A stretch of DNA of 64,000 nt from Chiloscyllium plagiosum. Lineage: Eukaryota. Positions 38,297-50,340 of this stretch are shown in pieces. How positions within the stretch are numbered: the stretch's first letter is position 1; the number at the start of each line of letters is the position of its first letter. The DNA lies in the NCBI RefSeq assembly GCF_004010195.1, contig NC_057746.1:13413058-13477057 (forward strand). Reading direction: 5' to 3'. The position numbers and the translations under genes were made by a program. The notes under the pieces were generated by a model. It did no database searches. It saw only the letters and a program-made list of their open reading frames with translations, and was not told where the DNA came from.

Positions 38297-38826
38297 GTGT
38301 TGCAACTGTGATTCCAATATTAATTTCAGGATCACTTCACCGTTAATGGATGTTGTTTTTTTTTCATTTTTAATGTGCAAATAGTCGCAGGTTTAATAAT
38401 CTGCCACACAACATAATAACAGCTTTCTGTGACGGCAAAGCACTGAGGAAATATTTTATGGAACATTAAATTTTATCCGTTCAAAGCCGTTTGAGTTTAC
38501 TGACAAGCAGGAAACCTTCGATATCCAGTCAATGAGACGGAGAATTCAAGGGTCTGGAATGGTGATACAAAATTAATTACGGGGCCCATTAAACTTATCC
38601 ACCAATTTAGATTCACCTGCTTTCAACGTGCGTACAATCATACTGGTTTCAGTAGTTAACAATTGCATTCCGTAGAAAGTCCTTTCAAATTCAGAATAGG
38701 CGATAGAAACAAAAGACCTTAATTGATCAGGGAAATTATTTTTGTTCATAATTTATTGGCTTTTTATAAAATTTCTGTTTTCTTTATCATATGCCACGAA
38801 GTTTGCTAATCAGAGGGTTAGGGAGA

Positions 38827-39597
38827 ACTGGATGTAGGTTTGCTCGCTGAGCTGGAAGGTTTGTTTTCTCAGCAACAAACTCAACCAAGCAGACAAAACA
38901 CGTCCAGGCGGCCTAGTACTCTACATCAAATACATCTCGGAAATGCCTGCCAGACTACTCAGACCTCTTGGCAACATGGTAGCCCACAAAACCACCAACA
39001 CACTAACAAAACATTTAATGAACTTGAAAGACCCTATAAAGACCCGTGAAAGACAACAAACAAAACTAATGTCATTTACAAAATACCTTGCAAGAACTGT
39101 AACAAACACTACATTGGACAACCAGGTAGAAAACTAGCAACCAGGATACATGAACTAGCAACAAAATAACCATGATCCATTTTCACTGGTATCCTTACAT
39201 GCAGACGAGGAAGGACAGTACATTCAGTGGGACAACGCATCCATCCTAGGACAAGCCAAACAGAAACACGCACAAGAATTCCAAGAAGCATGACCTTCTG
39301 ACCGGAACTCTGTCAACAAACACATTGACTTCCATCCCATTTACCACCCCCTGAGAAAAAGTAAAGGAAAGGACATCAACACAGGAAATAACGTCACCAC
39401 ATGAAATGACACCACCAACCCAAGGAAACCTAAACACATAAATAGAAAGCGGGCCAGGCCACTAGTGCTTCCTCCGAAGCACTGATGATGTTAGCTAGTA
39501 TGTTGACAAAACGTCTGAAAATGAACTTTCCAGCTCAGCGAGCAAACCCAAATCCAGAACCTCAACCTGAGCTACACATTTTCTGAAAACTCGCTAA
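38827..39597 (+). mobile_element. Penelope (Poseidon-like) 3' fragment with GIY-YIG and family C terminal repeat; short inverted repeat copy at the 5' end
   Basis: NVIYKIPCKNCNKHYIGQPGRKLATRIHE at ~39068-39155; 38829-38869 is the reverse complement of ~39518-39557. Confidence 0.88.
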
Positions 39598-40040
39598 TAG
39601 GGTGGACAGTAATAGCCCTTTTCATCGGATGGCGATGGCTGGTATGAGGAGGCATAGTTTTAAACTCAGGGGTGGCAGCTAGATGACAGATGTCAGAGGT
39701 AGTTTCTTTACTCAGACAGTAGTAGGGGCGTAGAACTATCTTTCTGCAGCAATAGTAGGCTCACCAACTTTAAGGACATTGAAGTGGTCACTGGATTATC
39801 AAATGGACGAAAATGGAATAACATAGGATAGATAGAGTTATTTAGGAATCAGGAAGATATTCGTTCACAGAGTGATAAGTTCTTTTGGAGTTCATTATCA
39901 GAAGGTATTGTGAAGCTCATTAATAAAGTACACCAAGACCGAGGTTTATAGACTTTATATAGTTATTAATGACATCATGCAAATGGGACATGGTTTGGAA
40001 ACTTTGAATTGCAATAGATGGTCAGTTATGATCTTGGACG

Positions 40041-40846
40041 CATTAAGGAACAGACCAAACCCCTGCAAAATATATTAACAAGATAGCCCAGACCCTAACG
40101 TTTTATTTACTTTTAAGGTAAGTGTGTGGTGTTGTGTTCCAGATGCAATTCTATTGGTCAAACCACTCGTCTTTAAGCAAAACCTCCCATATGCTTACGT
40201 CAAAATTTGTGGCGCTGGAAAAGTACAGTAGTTCAGGCAGCATCCCAGGAGCAGGCTTATGCCCGATACGTCGACTTTCCTGCTCCACGGATGGGGCCTG
40301 ACCTGGTGTGTTTTTCCAGGACCACACTTATCCATTGTGATCTCCCAGCATCTGAAGTCCTCACTTTCTCTTAGACACTTTGCATTTACACCAAAGTTAA
40401 CCGACAACAGGAGAAGGAAACATTTGCAAACGTTAACTCGATTGGAAAACTGAAGTGAATAACAGATTATTTAACTACAAAACAGCAAATATTCCATTGT
40501 TGTTACATCCCACAAACACACCCTTGGTAAAGACAAATTGAGAAAAATAGATGGTATCACACGTAATTCTAATAACATGAAGAGAACCCCAACAGTTAAC
40601 TGGAACAAAAAGAGCAAGACATAACAGCTTTAACAACCCCAACATATAGTGCTGTTAGCTAAAGTTACAATCTTGGTTGTTTGGAAGCTTGAACCCGCAC
40701 ATTCATCCTGCTTCTAGTGTTCCACCTTTAATTTTTAAAAATCCTGAAGCCTCATTAGCTGTTTTGCTTTATTGGCTTTGAGCATATCACTCGGCAACTC
40801 TCTCTCAATCTTATGAGGAGAAAATACACCTCATAATGTTGTCACA
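40041..40846 (-). mobile_element. Solo LTR with an inverted pair of family A Penelope repeats inserted (40203-40368)
   Basis: Homologous to the other LTR copies; ends ...tgttgtcaca; strand assigned from the AATAAA position in sister copies. Confidence 0.7.
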
Positions 40847-41525
40847 AATGGCAGAATAGGCTCTAAGGTTTGAATACTGTACTCCTGCTTCTATGTTTTG
40901 GGAGAATTGAATAATGATTAAATGATAAAGTATTTACCTGTAAAAATGGGGAGTTCCATTGTGCTGGAAAGAAAAGAAAACGAAAGGCTTGTTCTATAGT
41001 TTAAAGTATTTCAGTCTGCAAAAAGAGTGTTTAGACAAGAAGTGTTTAAGTGTATTTGTAACACGTAAATAATTTAAAATAAACATAATTAAGATGCAGA
41101 TGATATATGGTACATTTAATGCCATATTAATAGCTAGCACAAGAATTGAAAGCAAAACTGAGTTGCCTATGCTTCTTTACACAGGGAACTGCTGAAGCAT
41201 ATCTAAATTACTGTGCACAAGACGTTTCACATTATTTCACCTTATTCAATGATGAATGTAAATGAGCTGGAGACATTTTGATGCTGATTTCGTAGAGTTA
41301 TGCCTGGATTCGAGTGATTGCTTTTTGATCCAAGCTCGGACTGTTTACAGTAGAGCTGAATAAGTTGTGTCTTGGTTGAAACACGTATGAAAATGAAGGA
41401 CATTTCAACTAATGGGAACATCTGGAGTTCGAGTGTCGCTGTTGAAAAATGAATTATCACCCATTTAAAAATAATCCTAATTCCAACCTGGAATTAGAGA
41501 CTTGTTCCCAGAAAATTCCACAATT

Positions 41526-41870
41526 TGTTATGGCCCAGAACTGTCTGCACCACCACCCCAACTATACACTGCAAAGCACATCATGAAGATAACCTCGAAA
41601 TTAAATTATTTATTTTTTTCAATTCGTTTGATCGACAGCTAAGCTTTAATGAAAACACACTTTTTTCTTCCCAAACAGTTAAAATCCAACAAAAAGGCGA
41701 ATTTAAATAACTTTACCAAATAAAAGAATTAACAATGCAATGCCTTATTTAACAATTAATCATCAACTGTTCCAGTGTAGGCAGCCTCCCACAAACATAC
41801 CCTAGTCAAAGGCAATTCAAAAAGTTATTATTCTCACGCACTGTTTATCTACATCTATCAGAAAGAAACA
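41526..41870 (-). mobile_element. Partial solo LTR
   Basis: Begins tgttatggcccaga; shares caactgttcc...cccacaaacataccct with the other copies. Confidence 0.55.
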
Positions 41871-41998
41871 CCGAAAGTAGCATTCTTACCTCTTTGATTT
41901 TTAAGTGGAACCTTCAGTGACCATATTATCAGTTTAACAAGTGCATTCTGTCTTCGATTTATTTCAAAGGGATCGTATAGGTAGCCTATTCTGCCATT

Positions 41999-42645
41999 TG
42001 TGACAACATTATGAGTTGTATTTTCTCCTCATAAGATTGAGAGAGAGTTGCCGAGCGATATGCTCAAAGCCAATAAAGCAAAACAGCTAATGACCGGACA
42101 TGGCGAACAGAAGTTGCCTAAGTCAACAATCAGAGGAGTCCTTCAGTTTTTTTTAAAAATACATTTGTGCAATTAAAGGGAAGCGGCCAGTTCTCCCAGA
42201 TCAGATTCATCCTCATTTGGTTTTATTTTAGCAAGAAAACTACTGGTAGCAGAGAAGCAGCTGCAGCGAATAGAGGGACTCCATGCTTCAACAGAGGTCT
42301 TGCCAGAACTTTCTCTCTGAAATCTGTTCTTCCTGTAAAGCCTGTGTTCGAATTTTCTATTTGCTAAGAGGTGTATTTATATGATGTTGCGGTAATTGGA
42401 GCAGTCATTAAGTTGTGTTAGGTTCGGTCAGGTTTTCAAATAAGTTCATTTATTCTATTTTTTTTCTTTGAGTCACAATCGCGTGTGTGAATAAAATCTG
42501 TTTTGCTTAAAGCCAAGTGGTTTGGCTAGCTGTATCACGCCTGGAATATTTACTCTGCACCTGTCATTTAAATAAACAAAACGTCCGTTGGTTTCTGGGC
42601 TATATTCTTAAAACGTTTTGAGGGAATCTGGCCTGGTGCAAAACA
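41999..42645 (+). mobile_element. Solo LTR (chimeric 5' end)
   Basis: TG...CA termini; AATAAA near 42490; ends ggcctggtgcaaaaca. Confidence 0.7.
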
Positions 42646-42869
42646 CGTCACTGTTTAAGACTTTACTGTTGCAGCAGATAACTCAAACGTTCTCGTCCCG
42701 CACCTAGACAAAAAGCCCTATTCAACTAACTGAAAGAAGAACTGAAGTCAAGACATGTATCTGCCTTACCCTGCCACTCAAACCTCTTTTGTCTTTCTTT
42801 AAGATATTCAGCCACGGAGAACCCAAAGCTGTTTACCATTTGATTGATGAATGAGGCATTTTTTCACCA

Positions 42870-43270
42870 CTGTGGCAGCATCTCTTAGGAAGAAAAACAG
42901 AACGGAGCATATCTCTTCAAGGCACAGTATCATCACAGTTGAAATGATATTATTTCTTTCAGTAGAAGTCTTTGCAAATCGTTCTTGCAAAGGTTGTTGA
43001 AACGGAGCCCTTGAACATTTCTTGGTTGGTATTTCGAATGTATGTAGGGAGATTCGGGAACAAGAGGGACAGGACAGTGTGGAGATAAGTTCATTGAGGC
43101 AGGAGTCGGCTGAGACGACGGGTTGAACGGTTTGTAAATGTTTGGTAATAGGTAAAATCAGGCAGTACGGGGTTCCTAGACACTGAGGTTGGAGGGCTGT
43201 TGGTGGAAGATCCGTTGAGGTGAATAGATTGTGGATGGATTTCCGGAATTGTGGCTGCAGTTGCAAAATG
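42870..43270 (-). mobile_element. Penelope RT N-terminal fragment, degraded
   Basis: IHNLFTSTDLPPTA...ILPITK...PVVSADSCLNELIST resembles PLE LLPKIHK...RPIVS..SCPTELIS. Confidence 0.7.
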
Positions 43271-43719
43271 AAGAATCAGTCATTTAAGTCGCTGAGAAGG
43301 GTGAGCTTATTGTGGTCAGATAATGATTCTTTGAAATTTTCTATCTCAAGTAGCAATGAATTGACTTTCGTTGAGAATTTCTAAGATCAATACCTGCACA
43401 TGTTTGGAGAATGGATGCTAAGAGAAATTTGAATAAAATATGAATGTATCTTTCATCCACCAGATCTGTCATCACCTTAATTATTGACGAAGGAGACACA
43501 CTGATCCAATTTCTGTATTCCTTCTATTCATTAGTATGTTAACTACACGCACAATCACTTCAAATTTAGAAGAGGCAGGGGAAGCAGCACATATAAGTCA
43601 ATGAAGGAGTTTATTTATTGCTTATATTTCATACTTTTCTTTGGTTCTGCTTCTGTACCTTTTTCATTAACATCTCATTAACATAGCTAATGAATTAAGC
43701 AATTATCACAATTAACCAT

Positions 43720-44351
43720 GGACCAGACCAGATCCCCTCAAAACATTTCAAGAAAGTAGCCGTGACCCTAACTTTACTAATTCTTTAAATCAGGTTTAAC
43801 ACAAATATTCCAGGAGTGATGCAGCTGGCCAAACCATCTAGTTTTGAACAAGACAAAATTTATTTAAAAGATTACCAATTTAAGCACAAACAAAAGAGAA
43901 CAGAACACGGAATAACTTAACCTATCCGAAAGCTCAACAGATTTTTCCAACTTAATGATGCTGTACCAAACACTTCAATCTCCACAAACATTGCTTGGCA
44001 CAACAATCCCCATAAACATTGCTTGGCAGAAAACGTAAAATCAAACACAGTGTCTTACAAGAGATCAGCATGGACCTGCTTCTTTGAGACCAGCAGCTTT
44101 TACAGCACTACAGTGCTAAAACCAAACCAAACGAGTGAAAGCTGAGTTGGGAGCACTGGCCACTCCTCTTTCATTGTACAAGTGATTATTTTTTAAAACT
44201 TAAAAGGCTTTGTTCTGAGGCAATATCTGTTATCCACAATCGAAGTGTCCCGAAACCCTTCAACTTAGACTTTTCGGAGTCTGTGCCTTCTATGACCTCT
44301 CTGAACAAAAAAAGGACAACATAGCCTTGTTAAAGGAACAGCCTTGCCACA
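43720..44351 (-). mobile_element. Solo LTR
   Basis: Colinear with 51169-51784; ccat on both flanks; empty paralogous site near 51066. Confidence 0.8.
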
Positions 44352-44499
44352 CCATCAGTACAGACGAAAATGACTTCACCATGGAAATCCCAAATCTGAT
44401 ATGCTACGGCAAAGTTTGTAAGATTTCTACATAATTTACTTAAATTTACTTAATTTACATTTTAGTGAAATAAATCGTTGTTCCTGTTCTAATGTAAAG

Positions 44500-44967
44500 G
44501 CTAGTATGCTTTATTAGTCAGAACATTAAGTATGAGAATTGAGAAGTAATGTTACGGCTGTACAGAAGAATGTTTCGGTCACTTTTGGATTATTGTATGC
44601 AATTCTGGTCTCGTTCACATGGGAGGGATGTTGTGAAACTTGGAAGTGTTCAGAAATGACTTGCAATGATCTTGTCAGGATTGGAGAGTTTAAGCTACAG
44701 GGAGAGGCTGAGTAGGCGAGGGCGGTTTTCCTTAGAGTGTTGGATGCTGAGGCGTGACTTTGCAGAGCTTTAAGAAGTCATCAAAGGCAAGGATATGGTA
44801 AATAGAAAAAGGTTTTTCCCTGTTGTGAGTCGACCAGAACTCGAGGGCATAAGTTGAGGGCGGAAGAGGAAAAACTTATAAGGGATCTAAGCAGCATTTT
44901 TATCATGCAAAGGTTGGTGCGCATATGGAATGTGCTGCCAGAGGAAGTGGTGGACGTTGGTACAATT
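44500..44967 (+). mobile_element. CR1 3' fragment, interrupted by an LTR start (tgtaacgaagctactcc) at 44968
   Basis: QRLVRIWNVLPEEVVDVGTI. Confidence 0.85.
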
Positions 44968-45000
44968 TGTAACGAAGCTACTCCTTTAAGAAGTCTTTGC

Positions 45001-45459
45001 CGGAGTGGGACCGACCGGCGCAGACATATTGGCGTGAGTGATTCAGCACGGCCAGTTTGGCGCGACCCATTTCAGTGCAGACCCATTTCGGGGCAGAACT
45101 GTTTTGTAGTTATTCAGTAGTAGTTATTAAACTACTATTATTAAAATATATAAAAATAAAATATATTAATATCCAAATTATTAAAATAAAATAAAACCCG
45201 TTAAAATGCCATCAACAATTTTGTATTTGCCTTATTTCTTTCATTTTTATTTTCTTTTTAACATTTTTACTGAAGAGGATAAACATTATTTTTCTTTTTA
45301 TTGCTTTCATTAATGCTTGTAAGTAAGCCTGAAAAGGAATAATTAAGAGCTGCACCAAATCGCTCGCTCCACAGTGGGTCTGCACCGAAATGGGACACGC
45401 CAAACTGGCCGCGCCGAATCGCTCACGCCAAAGTGGCTGCTCCCAATGGTCCTACACCC
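45001..45459. mobile_element. MITE with ~85-bp imperfect, internally repetitive TIRs and 9-bp TSD (Mutator/Foldback-like)
   Basis: TSD agtctttgc at 44992-45000 and 45460-45468; left cggagtgggacc...ttggcgtgagtgattcagcacggccagtttggcg...cccatttcagtgcagaccca is mirrored at the right end; AT-rich core. Confidence 0.85.
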
Positions 45460-45812
45460 AGTCTTTGCTACCCTTCTTTCTTCAGATACTGATCATAACC
45501 TCCTAAAATTATTGGAAAAAGAAACGAGAATTAAAATGATAGGCTATTTAGGCAGAGATTATTATTTCAGCTATTTAATATGAAAATTATGCAGCTGTCA
45601 AGGCGAGAGAACGTAATTACTGATACATTGTCATGTCTTTAATTAGTGAAGACAAAGATATTTGACAATGGAAGAAATGGATTGAAATGAATTACAATTT
45701 TGAATGTCAACTTGACTGAGTGTATTAACTTACATTATAGTGTATTAATCACGTAAGAGCAAGTTTTTTTTAATGAAGACATCTTTGTATATATTTTTTT
45801 TAAAGGTGGAGT

Positions 45813-46519
45813 TGTGACGATTCTGTGGCTTTAAGAGATGTATTTTGTCCTTTTTTCGTGATGAAATGTTGAGACAGACTCACGGATTGGTCTGCTTCAG
45901 GTTAACAAAGTAAACAGCTTGTAAGTCGTTGAGTTTTTACTCTAATGTTGGAACAATAAAGCAGCATTAAGGAGTAGGGCTAATCTCCCACAAAACCCGG
46001 ATTTTAGTTAAACATTCAGTAGCTGATGGAATTTGTAAGCTGCAAAACATCCCCCCCCCCCCCCCCCCCCCTCCCCGGTCACTGCAGAATGCTTGAGTTC
46101 TCTTTCTCTCTCTGTCTCTGTCTCACTCACTCTACCTTTCAGAATTTTCTACTGATATTCTTCCCTTCTGGACTGGAGAATTTCATGTCATATAATCTAT
46201 TTCATTGAAATTGCCTTTGCTAAAGGTGTGTTTATGGAATGTTGCTGCATGGTAGGAGTTGCTGTTTAGTCGTGAAATAATAAATTATTCTGTCAAGCTT
46301 TTCAATAAAATTAGGTTAACCAGATTCTTCTCTCTGTTTGGGTTTTAACTGTAGTGCTAAAATAAAGTGTGTTTTGCTTCAAGCGTTGTGGTTTGACCAA
46401 TCAAATTGCATCCAGAACATAACACAATTCAATTGCCTTTAAAAATACGAGGAATTTGGCTTGTAGGCTAACTTCTTCACTTATCTTGAGAGGTTTTGAT
46501 CTTAAATAATAGCGCAACA
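45813..46519 (+). mobile_element. Solo LTR
   Basis: tgtgacga...aataaagtgtgttttgcttcaag...gcaaca; internal poly-C. Confidence 0.7.
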
Positions 46520-48250
46520 TCAGTTATAGACCAATCTTCCAACACCTCTTTCGTGGCTTTTGATGACAAAATTGACTTGCCATCAGCATCGCGAAATCCT
46601 GCCTGGCTTCACACAATGTCCTGGAATATGTCCCGAGTTTTATCAACCTATAAGCATTTTAAGACCTCCAGCACGTTATCTTCTGTCATGTGTACTCTTT
46701 TCAAACGTTACTATTTATTTCCCTGAGTTCTCCAGCTTCCATGTCGTTCTCCATTGAAAATACTGAGAAGGAATATTCGTTTAGAATTTCTATAATCTCC
46801 TGTGGCTCCTCAAATAGATTTTCACTTGATCTTTAAGAGGCTCGAGTCTCTTTCTACTTATCCTTCTACCCCTAATAATAGCAGAATATCTTTGGATGCT
46901 CCTTAATCTTATCTGCCAAAGCAATCTCAAGTCCCCTTTGTATTACTACTTTCCAGATTTCCCTCTTAAGAATACGTCGACATCCTGAGATTCCTCAGGG
47001 CGTTCAGGTGATTCCAGCCTAATCGTTTCTTCTTTTTGACCTCAATATCTCCAGTCACCCAGTGCCGTTTACTCCTGCCACACTTGCACTTCTCATCAAC
47101 AGGAACACGCTGGCCCTGATTTTACTTTACCTCGTTTCTGAAATCCACCCACAAGCCATGTATCCATTTACCAGCGAACAAACTCCCGCAGTCAATTTTG
47201 ACAGTTGTAGTTTAACGGCATCAAAATTGGCCTTGCTACAATTTAGAACTTTACCTTGTGGACCATACCAATCCCTTTCCAAAACTAGATCAAAGCTAAT
47301 AGAGTTATGGTCAAAGTTCCAAAGTGCTTCTCCAATGACATCTGAATACATGTACTGTTTATTTCCCAAGTGAAGATTGAACTTTATTCCTTCTGTTGGT
47401 GGTGCACCTATTGCGAAACGTTTTACTGCAAACCCTTCAAAAAATCTTGCATTTGCAAAATATTAACTGTATGGCAGTTCAAATCAATATTTCGAAAGTT
47501 GAAATCGCCAACTAATAAAATGCTGTTCCTTCTTATAGTTATCTGTTGTTTCCTTACATATTTGCTCCTCATATTTACGATAACGATTATAGGTCTACTG
47601 TACAATCACTTCAATGTGACAATCCCCTTTTTATTTCTCAGTTCCACATGTAGAGCCTCACGAGACCACCCTTCTGGAATAACCTGCCTAAGTACTGTTG
47701 TGGTCCCTCTCTTACCTCCATTCTATCCGACCTTTAACATCTGATCTCCTGAGCAAGGCTGTCCCTTAATCATGTTTTCCTAATGGCAGCAATATCAAAG
47801 CTCCGTGTTGCCATCCATGCCCTGAGTTCGTCTGCCTTACCTCCCAGGCCTCTTGCTTGAAATACATACAATTTTATTCATTATTTAGCCCTGTGCACCG
47901 CTATGCTGTTGCTTGCTTTGTTTATTTTGCTTGATGTCTTTAACTTCTGTACTATCCTCAACCGTCACTGCTGTTTATGATGTTCCCCTCCCCCGAACCT
48001 CGCACTCCCCCACCCCGCCGCCTCCTGTGCCAGAGTAGGGTAACGAGTTGAGCGCAATTCCAGCAAATCTTCTCAAAATGATATTGGTCCGTCACCAGTT
48101 GATGTATACATTTTCCCACCTTACAGGTCACTATGCCCCAGAAAAGATTTCAAAGATCCAAAAATCTGTATCCCTGCTTTCTGCTCCCTGCTCCACATTG
48201 ATCTGCCCAGTCCTCATATACCTTAACACCTTAACAGTATTCCTGCTTTC
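46520..48250 (-). mobile_element. Degraded CR1 5' ORF2 (APE) fragment
   Basis: ILLVGDFNFRNID and NFDHNSISF on the minus strand. Confidence 0.8.
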
Positions 48251-48621
48251 ATGCAGACTTGATATGTTATGGCAGTACAGTGTACGTTGAAAGATTATGG
48301 CGAGTGCCTCGGTGATATTTGCCTTCACTTCCTGGAAAAGTTTTGAAAATACTTCATCAGATCTTTTGCTTTCCCATTATGAAGCAAGTCCACTCGTGTA
48401 AAATATGATGAAACACTACAAATAATAACAAGAGCTACTTCTGTGAAACAATGGAAGGAGGGCAAAATGGGCAAAGCTTTAATAAGACATGCTTACTTGA
48501 ATGTCTGGATTTTTTACACGTTCTTATTTTCAATTGTGCAGGGAAATGCTAGGACATTCTTGTAGGAGCTATAAAATATTCTTTAAAGACAGATTAGTAA
48601 CAATTGATCATGCAATATGTA

Positions 48622-48910
48622 AGAGTCAGAGAGTCATACAGTTGAACAACACGAAAACAGATCATTAAGTCCAACTGGCCTCTGCCGACCAGGTATTTTA
48701 CGTTAACCCAATCCCATTTGTTAGCGTTTGACACATATGCCCCTAAACCCTTCCTTTTCATGTACACATCCAATTCCCTTTTCAACGTTGTAGCTGTACC
48801 GGCCGTCACCACTTTATCTGACAGCATATTCCATGCACACAACATTCTCTGCACGAAAATAAACATGCCCTTTAGGTCCCTTTAATGTCTTTCTCCTCTC
48901 ACCGTAAATC
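48622..48910 (-). mobile_element. CR1 3' end
   Basis: FVQRMLCAWNMLSDKVVTAGT; tail. Confidence 0.8.
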
Positions 48911-50024
48911 CCAGAATAAATTATGGTGACACTGAAACTGATCTACAAATTTACCTTCACCTGTTCTGAAAATGCGTGCAGTCATACTAGTTTCATTGGT
49001 TTGTGTAGCATTCACCAGTACAAACTGACAATTGGGATTTTAATGCCGTGTAGGTCTTGGAACCAAACACATAGAATCTCCTTATGGTTCCAATCCTGCT
49101 GAAGGACTTGCCGCCCACATAAGATGCGTTCACAAATGGCCAAACATGTTGGCTACCAGCCTCTTTCATTTGAAGTTTGAAAATTAAACTGCAAACGACC
49201 CCAAAACCTTTGTGTGGTAACTGTGGGATGGAACCTTAACATGGAATGACGCCCCTCACACTGCAACGAATTCAGGCTGGCAAACTATCTAGTTTTGACA
49301 GTTATCTGTCATATTCCTCCATTAAGTGAAACGATGGAGTTGTCTTAAATAACATCTTGTCTCCTGGCGTTTCCCACAAACTGAAATGATGACCAATTTG
49401 ACTATTCTCCCAAAATCGCCAGTGGGATAGTTGAAGAAGTAAAATCATCAGCAGGGAAAAAGAAAAAAGCAAACCAATGTTCAAAATTCTAGAATGATAT
49501 CGATACAGAATATAAGAAGAACAGAATACCCACACCAAGGCAAAAAGATCCTTCTCCTCCACTAAATGTATCCCACTGAATTTTACACATTACAATCACT
49601 TCGCGAATCAGTCTCCACTCTCCACAGCAAACAACACTCAAATGTCCAATATCAATTCATAAATATAACTCTTCAACCCAAGCAATGTTAATGGAAATCG
49701 CATCTGCACAGTCTCCACTGCAATCACGTCCCTTTTTGGAATGTGAATTTCGCAGCTGCAAACAATATTCTGGTTCTGGCCCAATGAACATTTTCTACGG
49801 TTTCAACACAACCTCTGGCTGTTCAATCGTTAACAGTCTGAGCTGTTATCGTATCCCACATGCTGTCTTAAGCACGTTATGCAACTGTCCAAGAAACAGA
49901 AGGGACCAGTGGACAATAACAGTAAAGTCCCTTTGGTCTTCGTTCTTTTCCAGGCAGCAGCAATATATCAAGTGTTCCATTGCCTTGTTTGCCCTGCCAA
50001 ATGCATCACGTGTCCATTTTTAAT

Positions 50025-50340
50025 GGGTGGTACGGATTCTCAGTGGTTAGCACTGCTGCCTCACAGCATCAGGGACCCAGGTTCGATCCCAGCCTCGGGC
50101 GACTGACTGTGTGGAGTTTGCACATTCTCCCCGTGTTTGCGTGGGTTTCCTCCGAGTGCTCCAGTTTCCTCCCACAATCCAAAGATGTGCAGGTTAGGTG
50201 AACTGGCCATGCTAAATTACCCAAGTTGTTAGGTGCATTAGTCAGAGGGAAATTGGTCGAGGTGGGTTACTCTTCGGAGGGTCAGTGTGGACGTGTTGGG
50301 CCGAAGGGCCTGTTTCCACACTATAGGTTATCTAATCTAA
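50025..50340 (+). mobile_element. HE1-like V-SINE, near full length (tRNA-derived head, Pol III B box)
   Basis: cagtggttagcactgctgcctcacagc...GGTTCGATCCC (50080-50090), central V domain, CR1-like tail gggccgaagggcctgtttcc, TCTAA repeats. Confidence 0.92.

Noticed and set aside
36960-38810. Stop-interrupted minus frame with a TM-like stretch (AALTSLIIVPSIIGAALLMFRIHRR), considered as a viral env or an MHC TM exon
   Set aside because: It lies upstream of beta1, has no splice support or recognisable env motifs and has several stops; its position fits decayed CR1 ORF1/5' sequence.
50025-50095. tRNA gene
   Set aside because: It is the tRNA-derived head of an HE1-like SINE, followed by the V domain and LINE tail.
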